A stretch of DNA of 51,937 bases from Carpediemonas membranifera BICM. Taxonomy: Eukaryota > Protista > Fornicata. Below are positions 1 to 9,363 of the stretch, in pieces. Numbering within the stretch: the stretch's first letter is position 1; each line of letters opens with the position of its first letter. The notes beneath the pieces were generated by a model, which saw only the letters and a list, made by a program, of their open reading frames with translations, was not told the origin of the DNA and ran no database searches. The translations under genes were made by a program, and so were the position numbers. The stretch covers positions 584,425 through 636,361 of the forward strand of contig JAHDYR010000066.1 in assembly GCA_019828565.1 (NCBI GenBank), read 5' to 3'.

Positions 1-366
1 CCACACACACAGCGGGCTGACCTCAAGGTCTGGGGCGAGCGCGACGTGGTCGGAAACGTCGTCCACGACGACGTCTACGTCGACTTCTACTGCGGTCTTC
101 ACCCCGCGACGCCGAGACCGAGAAGACCCGGGAGTACGCCAACTGGGACGTCACCTTCCTGGTCGCCGCCACCACCGTCGGCGGCGCCACGGAGTCCCGC
201 CTGACCGCGGACTGGGCGGTGCAGTTTTTGCGACGCCATTGCACGGCCGCACCTGGCGGGAACCATGCGCGACACGGCCTTCCTGAAGGCCTGGGAGGGC
301 AACCTCAGCATCTGGAGTGACTATGTCAGCCAGTGCAAGGCCCGCTGGGCCGAGCTCAACCTATAA
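1..366 (+). CDS. Unit 0 (partial, subfamily A): C-terminal RLE endonuclease end
   Basis: Matches the 3' end of units 2/3/5/11 apart from indels (…CKARWAELNL, TAA 364-366); cut by the window start. Confidence 0.88.
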
Positions 367-563
367 CCAGGTCCCTGCACAGAAATCTGGAGTCGCGACT
401 CGGCTGACTTGGCCACTCTAGGCTGCGTCGTCCCCGAGCCCCCTGCGCCTCCCGCCCCATCGCCGCATCGCATAACGCATCCCCTGCCCCTGCGCGAGAG
501 TAGTTGCTCGAAATTCCGCGGAGTCGCGTGTCGTTCGGACAACCCCCTCCTGTAAATTCGGCC

Positions 564-3500
564 ATGGTATCCAGAGGAAAGTTGCTCGATTCGCCGCCGC
601 AAGGCGACGAATCCTGCCATACATCCGATGAAGGACCAGGTGACACGAATCTACTGACAAGCGATTAGCGCTATTCGCTGCTCTTCTGCGCGTAATGGAC
701 GAAATTCGTCAGCACTGCCCGAAAGGCTCGTGGCCGAAGAACGCTGAGGCCTTCATCGAGGTTTGTATGAACAAAGATCGTTTATTGCGCCTTGTGACGG
801 ACAACAAACGCTTCTTCACGATCAACAACCTTTCTTTGATCACGGACTACGTTCATGCGGCCACAAACCGCTTCGGGCCAGGCCATAAGCCGAAGGCATC
901 CCGCCGTGATGACCACATCGCCAATGCCACTTCACTTCTTCACGCCGCAGCCACCAACCAGGTGTTCACTGCTACGATCTCGATTGATCGTGCCAACGAG
1001 GCCCTCGAGCGCGTGATACGGGGCAGAAGGACCGATGAGCAGCTCATGAGGGAGCACCCTCGTCCGCTCCGCCCGTCCGAGATCGCCGCTCGCCGCGCCA
1101 AGACCGGGCGTCAGTCATACGCCCAACTGATCAGCCGTGTCGAGGAGGCCCGCCCGGCAAGCCCTGCGCGAGACCGCACTGCCTTCCTCGAGGCAGAAGC
1201 ATACGCGTGTCGCGTAGCTGCTGGCCGCGCAGACCGTCAACAGCAGGGTGATAGGCCCCCGAGCCCCACCCCCTGCCGATGCTGCCCCCACCGACTCCGC
1301 TGCCGCCCTAACTGGGCCGCAGCCCGCAGCCGCCCAGCGGGATGACCGGTCTACCGACCCCACCCCCTGCCCAGGCTGCCCCCACCGACTCCGCTGCCGC
1401 CCCTAACTGGGCCGCAGTCCCGCAACCGCCCCGCAGGGTGACCAGGCCCACGCGCCAGACCCCCGCCCAGGTTGCCCCCCACCCAGCCAGAGGAGAGGAA
1501 CATCGACGACACCGCAGTGTCCGAGTTCCTCTCCCTGGCGGGCGTCGAAGGCGGGGAAGGGGAGAGAGCTGAGCCAGAGACCGAGCACGAAGCCCGTGGT
1601 GACTCAGCCAACTCCCCCCTTCGCCCGCCGCCGCAGGTTGACCCCGCCCACCGGCTCACAGGGTGGCTCGACCGCACGACCATCGACGCTGTTCGCCGCA
1701 GCTTTGACGCACATGTACCGCGGGAAGACAGAGACATGTGGTCGACCAACGACCAGGTCGTCGCAACGCTGACGTCTATCGACGCCGTCCGCTGGCTCTC
1801 CCGGGGGCAAAATGGCCAGAACCGCATGTCCAGAGCACGCTGGACGACTCTCCTCGAGCAGGTCTTTGCGGCTCACCCGAGGAACCGGCCTTCGTATGCG
1901 TTCCCGCAAGGCCTGAAGTCGTTCGCACCCAGGTTCGTGGCGTTCATGAGGGAAGGGTTGGGTATGCCAGTCGACCCCGCTCTCCCAGCTGTCCCGCAGC
2001 CAAGGACGGCCCAGCCAGCCAGAAGAAGGCTCACTGCTCCCCGCCCGCAGCCGGAGACCATCCTTCCAGAGCTCCCAGAGGACCTCAAGTTCCTCCCCTC
2101 CCCGACGGAGGCCGGCAGGATTGGGAAGTCGAAGCCCCTCAAGGAAGGGTGCGGTCTCATTCGTGAAGGGTCTCATCAACCTGTTGGAGGCCCTGAACGA
2201 GGTGCCTGCCCAGCAGAAACGGCGTGGCCTTATTGCCATCATGACCCATGGTCAGACGGTGTACAAGCCCGCCAAGAAGCAGGTGACACTGCGGACCCGG
2301 ACCAAGGAGCGCTCGGCCTTCACCAAGGCCTCGGCCGGCTACTACTCCAGTGGCCTGAAGATCCTCCTGTCTGAGGACATGGACCTCAGCCCGACCGAGG
2401 TTGACGAGAAGCTGGTGGAGCTGCAGGCCGAGCCAATGGCAGACCCACGTCTCTTCCACCCACAGCAACGGGCGGGTGCGCTGGAGTCATATGAGGTCAC
2501 CCCGGAGTCTGTGACATGGGCCCTGGACAGGCTCAAAGCAGACTCGGCACCGGGACCCTCGGGCCTGAGTTTCCTTCACTTGAAGCTGGCCTACCGCCTA
2601 CGCAAACACAAGTTTGTTGCTGCTGTCACGCCTCTGATCAACGACATCATCAACGGGGAGCCCCTACACTGAGATCCTGTCGCACTCGAGGCTCGTTGCC
2701 CTGCCTAAGGGAGACTCCAAGGTCCGGCCCATTGCAATGGGCGAGAGCCTGAGACGCCTCGCAGGCAAGGTCCTAGCCCACGATGTCGGGCTGAGGATTA
2801 TTGGCGATGGTGTGTGCGAGGGGCAGTTCGGACTGGGCGAGAGCTGCGGCCTGGACTGCATGGGTGACATTCTGAAGGCAGCGTACGCCGGCGGTGCGCA
2901 GCTGTGCGCCGTTGACATGTCCAATGCGTACGGAACCGTCAGTCGGCAGCATCTGTCTGAGGTCGCACAGGCGTGGGCCCCGGTCTTGCTACCGTACCTG
3001 CACACGATGTATGCCGGGGGCAAGATGATCACACCAACAGGCCTTGTCATCCCGTCCCGGGAGGGCATCCAGCAAGGGGACCCCATATCTCCGCTGCTGT
3101 TCACCCTGGCGATGAAGCCGGTCCTGGACCAGATCAGAGGTGAGTTCCAGGAGTGCAGGATGGTCTCCCTATCAGGACGATGCTTACTTGATCGCGCCAG
3201 CGTCCATGCCGGCCTCACGAGTTGATCGCTTCTACGACCGGATGGCTGAGGTTTGTGGCCGCATCGGCATGCGCGTGAACACGGCTAAGTGTATGGTGAT
3301 CAGCGCTGCTGGCTCCCCGGGTGCCATTCAGCGGGTAGTCAACGGTAGAGCCGTTGGAATCCCTGTTGGGGACGCTCATGGTGAGGCAAGAGCTGTCGAT
3401 GATGTCTTCTCGGAGATGGAGATGGCGACTGCTCGCGTCGTGGAAATGGTGGAGACTGTAGGGCCTTCTGCGGCCAGCGTTGCGCTGAATATGATTCGTT

Positions 3501-4707
3501 CATGCATTCTTGCGATGCCATCCGCAATCTACAGAGCTGTGTCGCCGATTAGGCACGAAAGCAGGACATCCCGCTTCGAGCAGATGCTTAGCCGCAGCGT
3601 AGAGCACATTCTGCAACTAAGAGATGGTCTGGAAGACAAAACTCGTAGAATGGCTCTCGATTATGGAGATTACGGGCTCCGCATGCCAATCCCATCACTC
3701 GTCTGGAAATGCGCATTTTTTTGGGCACGGAACACCAGCTGCACCAGCTGCTTCCGGACCGGTCTGTGCACCTAGACGAGGCCCTGTTTACCGTTGAAGG
3801 CGCCGAAGAGTGGCCTAGGACCAAGGACGAACTCTATGAGATGGAGGCCAAAAAGCCTCAGAAACAACTCACAAAGTACCATAGAGACGCCTGGACAGTC
3901 CAGCACCGCCCATCAACGCCGTCTGACTTCAACTTGGACCGCAATGCGGCCACTCAGGCCCTGAACGACTCCTCCCAGCGCGCTGCCCCGGCGGCTGGAA
4001 TTCTCCGGCAAGAGGCCGCACTCACCCCAATTGAGCTAGAATCGAAGCCTGTTGGCTCAATATTTGTCCCAATTGCCAGGGCACACCTGGATGTCGCCCC
4101 GTTCGAAGAGTGGCCCGAGACTTGCCCCCTGTGTCAGGCCCAGCGCTGCACCTGGCAGCATGCCCTCTCGTGCCCACACACCAAGGGAACCGCCCACACC
4201 GAGCGTCACAACCATGTTAGAGACGCTGTGAGCGCCGTGTTGACCGACGACGACGTTAGAGGTCGACCCATGGCCCGTTGCCAGGCCGAGGTCGCGCTCA
4301 CCTCTCGTCACCCCCGCTACCAGCAGGCCGATACCGAAGCGCCCAGACGCAAGGTGGCCGACCTCATGGTGGCAGGCGAGAGAGACGTGGTCGGGAACCG
4401 TGTCCACGAGGAAGTCTATGTCGACTTCGTGGTCAGCCTGCACCCGCGGGAGGCTGAGCTAGAGAAGCTCCGCGAGTACCGCAACTGGCAGGTCACCTTC
4501 GTGCCTGCTGCCTGCACGGTTCTGGGCGAGACTGAGTCCCGTCTGACCGAGTGCTGGGTCGCCCGCCTCTGTGCCGCGATTCGCAGGCCGGCCCTCGTGG
4601 GCGCCATCCGTGACCGGGTATTCTGGTCCATCTGGGCGGACAACCAGACCGTCTGGTCGGACTATGTCTCCCAGTGCAAGGCCCGTTGGGCCGAGCACCA
4701 CCAATAA
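564..4707 (+). CDS. Unit 1 RT-RLE polyprotein, subfamily B (N2+Lb+RT-B), frameshifted as assembled
   Basis: ORF pieces 695-1345, 1472-2374, 2121-2672, 2737-3225, 3140-3775 and 3709-4707 reconstruct the unit 4 protein; ends …CKARWAEHHQ. Confidence 0.88.
1244..1445 (+). repeat. 93-bp coding minisatellite, 2 copies (unit 1)
   Basis: Core ccctaactgggccgcag occurs twice. Confidence 0.85.
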
Positions 4708-4904
4708 TCTGCCCTCCCCACAAAATGCCGGAGTCGCGACTCGGCTGACTCGGCCACTCTAGGCTGCGTCGTCCCCGAGCCCCCTGCGCCTCCCGCCCCA
4801 TCGCCGCATCGCATAACGCATCCCCTGCCCCTGCGCGAGAGTAGTTGCTCGAAATTCCGCGGAGTCGCGTGTCGTTCGGACAACCTGGGAAAGTAAATTC
4901 GGCC
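4708..4904 (+). other. Conserved inter-ORF spacer (3'UTR/5'UTR junction), representative of 12 copies (367-563, 9166-9363, 13903-14102, 18325-18522, 22779-22976, 27279-27474, 31867-32063, 36418-36613, 41004-41200, 45500-45696, 50044-50241)
   Basis: About 22 subfamily-specific nt follow the stop; the sequence is then near-identical from ggagtcgcgactc to the ATG in all copies. Confidence 0.9.
4892..4898 (+). promoter_or_regulatory. AGTAAAT, candidate Giardia-type poly(A) signal (AGTRAAY) or AT-rich initiator, 6 nt upstream of the ATG
   Basis: Present in 11 of 12 spacers (tgtaaat in the poorly resolved first one) and is one of the few AT-rich patches in a GC-rich spacer; its meaning depends on the host. 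Confidence 0.35.
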
Positions 4905-7900
4905 ATGGTATCCAGAGGAAAGTTGCTCGATTCGCCGCCGCAAGGCGACGAATCCTGCCATACATCCGATGAAGGACCTGGTACGTCTATTGACAAGCGA
5001 TTAGCGCTGTTCGCTGCTCTTCTGCGGTGGATTAACGATTTCCATCCATCCAGCTCGAAGAACTCTTGGCCGAAGGATACTGAGGCCTTTATTGAGATCT
5101 GCATGAACAAAGAACGTCTATTGAGCCTTATTTCGGATTACAAGCGTTTCTTCACGGTGAGCAACTTGGTTTGGATAACCAACTACGTTCACGCGGCGAC
5201 AAATCGCTTCGGCCCCGGCCACAAGGTGAAAGCTTCCCGCCGCGACGATCACGTCGCAAATGCTGTCGCCATTCTGCACGCTGCAGCCACTGATCAGGCG
5301 TTCACATCAACGCTCACCATCGAACGTGCGAACGAGGCTCTTGAGCGTATGATCGAGCACGCCATCGACCCAGTGAAAGCGAGAAGGATGAACCTCCTTC
5401 AGACTGTCCGAGGCCCCTCAGAGGACGACGTCTGTAACCGCCTTGGTGAAGCGGGTCCAGCATGCGCCCCGCCCAGCCAGCCCACCGAATGCGGGCATCG
5501 CCCGCGAGTATGCGAGGGCCGATGCCTTCGCCCGACGCCAGGGAGACCGGCCCCCGAGCCCCACCCCTGCCGATGCTGCCCTCACCGACTCCGCTGCCGC
5601 CCCTAACTGGGCCGCAGCCCGCAGCCGCCCCGCAGGGTGACCGGCCCCCGAGCCCCCACCCCCTGCCGATGCTGCCCCCACCGACTCCGCTGTCGCCCTA
5701 ACTGGGCCGCAGCCCGCAGCCACACAGCAGGATGACCGGCCCCCGAGCCCCACCCCTGCCGATGCTGCCCCCACCGACTCCGCTGCCGCCCTAACTGGGC
5801 CGCAGCCCGCAGCCGCCCCCGCAGGGTGACAGGCCCACGCGCCAGACCCCCGCCCAGGTTGCCCCCCACCCAGCCAGAGGAGAGGAACATCGACGACACC
5901 GCAGTGTCCGAGTTCCTCTCCCTGGCGGGCGTCGAAGGCGGGGAAGGGGAGAGAGCTGAGCCAGAGACCGGGCACGAAGCCCGTGGTGACTCAGCCAACC
6001 CTCCCCTTCGCCCGCCGCCGCAGGCAAGCCAAGGCCCTGAACCACGTACATTTGTGTACACAGGACCTCCTGGCGCTCTTAACCAGATCACGGAGGCGCA
6101 CCCTGGGCCAGCATCATCCACGCCTACCCAGGGGTGGCTGAGCCTTGCCAAGCTGGATCGACTCCGGCATAGGTTCACCGCAAACATCCCGACCCACCTG
6201 GTCGAGTCTCATTGGGGCTCGGCCGAGCAGGTAAGGTCCACACTCACGACAGCAGTCCGGGTCGGAGAAGTGTCCGGCGGGCAGAATGGCGTCCACAGGA
6301 TGTCACGTGAACGCTGGACACAGCTTCTCGAGGGCCTCTTCGCGGACGAGCCGGACAGGCGGCCACCCTACAGCTTCCCCAAAGGGTTCAGGCAGTTCAC
6401 GCCGAGGTTTGTGTTCTTCATGAGAGAGGCATGCGGTCTTCCGCCGGACCCTAGTGCTGAGGCCCCGCCCCATGCCGGGCCCAGCCAGCCCCCACGGAGA
6501 CCGAGAGCAGCGCTCCTGCCCCTGCCGCCGGCCGACCCTCTCGCGGGCGACCTGCCGATCGAGCTGTCATATCTGCCTCACCCCGCGGAAGCCGGACGCA
6601 TCGGCCGGGCGAAGCCCTCACGGAAGGCTGCCGCGGGATTCGTGAACGGGCTGATCCGGCTGCTCGTGACCCTGGCGAACGCGCCGCAGAACCGGAAGCG
6701 GGAGGCGCTAGCCGCCGTCCTTCGGCACGCGCGGACAGTATATCGCCCTGGGAAGAAGGGGATCTCCCTCCGCACCCGCTCCCCAGAGCGAGCTGCATAC
6801 TCGAAGGCCGCCGCCGGGTATTACTCCAGCGCCATGAAGGTCCTGCTCTCTGAGGAGATGACACTCACGCCGGGTCAGATCGACCAGAAGCTGGAGGAGA
6901 TGCAGGCCGCCCCGCTGAGAGATCCCCAGACGCCGGCTCTCACACGCCGCGCCGACGCGCTCACGTCCTTTGAGGTCACCTTCGAGGCCGTAGACGAGGC
7001 GCTGGGGAAGATGAGAGCGGACTCGGCCCCCGGCCCATCCGGGCTGAGCTTCTTGCATCTGAAACTCGCTCATCGACTCCGGAAGGGCCAGTTGGTGCAG
7101 GCACTCCTGCCCCTTGTGCGCGACATCATTGCCGGCGAGGAGTACACGGGTATCCTCGCTCACGCACGGCTCATCGCACTGCCGAAGGGCGAAGATCGGG
7201 TCAGACCCATCGCCATGGGCGAGGCGCTCCGGCGCCTGGCCGCGAAGGTCCTCGCCTCGGCCGTCTCGTCGCGTCTCCGTAATGACGGCGTCTGCCCTGA
7301 GCAGTACGGGCTCGGCGAGAGCTGCGGCCTGGACGTTATGACCGCGAAAATTGCGGAAGCGTACGACGAAGGGCTCAAGGTCTGTGCTGTTGACATGACT
7401 AACGCCTACGGAACCGTGTCCCGCGCCCACCTCCGTGTGGTGCTCGAGGCGCACGCCCCAGCCGCCCTCCCCTATTTCTCCACCATGTATGGCGAGGGCA
7501 AGCTGCTGACCCCGACCGGGCACGTCATAGCCAGCCGAGAGGGCATCCACCAGGGGGACCCCCTGTCCCCAGCCCTCTTCACGCTGGCTATGACGCCCCT
7601 CCTCGGCAGCCTCCGGTCGCAACTTCCCAGTACGACCATCCTCGGCTACCAGGACGACGTGTACGGGCTGCTGCCCCGGCAGGCAGACCAGCGGACGATC
7701 GATACATTCTACGCGCGTGTGGAGGCGGCGTGTGGAGCCGTCGGTATGCGGGTGAACCGACTGAAGTGCCTCGTCCTGGCGAAGACGGGGACACTGGGCC
7801 AAAAAAGCGGACGGGTGCTCGGTATCCCCGTAGGCGACGACGCGGGCGTTGCCAACGCTGTGGACGCGGCCTTCTCGCGCATGGAGGACGCGCTCGTGCG

Positions 7901-9165
7901 GGTGGCCGAGATGACCGAGGCAGTGGGGCCGAAAGCGGCCTCGGTGGCGGTCAATCTGATCAGGTCTTGCGTTCTTCCGATGCCTTCGGCAATCTTTCGC
8001 AACGTGAGCCCGATTGGCCACGAATGCCGCACAAAAAGCCTGGAGCGGAAGCTGAGAGCTGCCATCGCACGCATCCTTCAGGTATCCGACGTCACAAAGA
8101 TACCCGAAGAGCGTCTAGCGCTCGATTTCGCCGACTACGGGCTCCGTATCCCTCTTCCGTCGCTCATCTGGAAGTGTGCATTTTTGGGCGCAGCCCACCA
8201 GCTGCACGCCCTAGGCATCACCCGGGACATGGAGGCGGCGCTGTTCTCTCCAGAAGAGTGCCAGGAGTGGCCCAAAACCATCCAGGAACTGTTTAGCATC
8301 GAGGCTGAAAAGCCGCAGAAGACACTCACTACGATGCTTGCAAAAGCCTGGACGGCCAAGTACCGCCCCAAGACACCCGCCGACTTCGGCCTAGACCCCG
8401 AGGAGGTCTCCCAGGGCCTCTCTGACTGCAGCTCCCTCGAGGCCCCCCGCCGCCGGACTCCTCCGCAAAGAAGCCGCGCTGAGCCCCCTCGACCTCGAGC
8501 AGACCTCCTGCGACAGCGTGTTCGTCCCCGTCACCCGGGCGCACCTCAACATCGCCCCATTCCGCGAGATGCCGGTCACCTGCCCCCTCTGTGGCCAGCA
8601 GGACATCACGTGGCGCCACGCCCTCGGCTGCTCCTACCTGAAGGATGGCGCGACCAACGCACGCCACGACAGCATCAAGATGGCTGTGCACGATCTCGTG
8701 ACCCAGGACGACCTCCGCGGGCGCCCCATCCCCCACTGCAAGCCCGAGTTCGATCTGCTCGACACCCACCCTAGGTTCCGCGTCACGAGCGCCGACGCCC
8801 CCACACACAAGCGGGCTGACCTCAAGGTCTGGGGCGAGCGCGACGTGGTCGGAAACGTCGTCCACGACGACGTCTACGTCGACTTCTACTGCGGTCTTCA
8901 CCCCCGCGACGCCGAGACCGAGAAGACCCGGGAGTACGCCAACTGGGACGTCACCTTCCTGGTCGCCGCCACCACCGTCGGCGGCGCCACGGAGTCCCGC
9001 CTGACCGCGGACTGGGCGGTGCAGTTTTGCGACGCCATTGCACGGCCGCACCTGGCGGGAACCATGCGCGACACGGCCTTCCTGAAGGCCTGGGAGGGCA
9101 ACCTCAGCATCTGGAGTGACTATGTCAGCCAGTGCAAGGCCCGCTGGGCCGAGCTCAACCTATAA
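4905..9165 (+). CDS. Unit 2 RT-RLE polyprotein, subfamily A (N1+La+RT-A), frameshifted as assembled
   Basis: ORFs 4845-5606, 5826-8774 (RT, GYQDD) and 8518-9165 (CPLC..H..C, RLE). Confidence 0.9.
5539..5830 (+). repeat. 93-bp coding minisatellite, 3 copies (unit 2)
   Basis: Core occurs 3 times. Confidence 0.9.
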
Positions 9166-9363
9166 CCAGGTCCCTGCACAGAAATCTGGAGTCGCGACTC
9201 GGCTGACTTGGCCACTCTAGGCTGCGTCGTCCCCGAGCCCCCCTGCGCCTCCCGCCCCATCGCCGCATCGCATAACGCATCCCCTGCCCCTGCGCGAGAG
9301 TAGTTGCTCGAAATTCCGCGGAGTCGCGTGTCGTTCGGACAACCTGGGAAAGTAAATTCGGCC

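Noticed and set aside
4819-4840. gcccctgcgc similarity to the U6 snRNA internal stem-loop, and tRNA A/B-box-like words in the spacer
   Set aside because: No ACAGAGA box or cloverleaf; short matches like these are expected by chance in GC-rich DNA.
4907-4975. SAM-I riboswitch-like words (tatccagag, ccgatgaa)
   Set aside because: The spacing is wrong, the remaining conserved elements are missing, and the context is a eukaryotic-type retroelement.
4965-5000. ccgatgaaggacctggtacgtctattgacaagcg resembles the 5' region of LSU/5.8S rRNA (CGAUGAAGGAC)
   Set aside because: Only about 11 nt match exactly, it lies in the reading frame, the N2 allele differs downstream, and no other rRNA sequence is present.
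6708-8021. Long antisense ORFs opposite the RT (437 aa here, 455 aa at 20321-21688, 385 aa at 47743-48900)
   Set aside because: Shadow ORFs of a GC-rich coding strand; not maintained at this length in subfamilies B and C, and no recognisable motifs.
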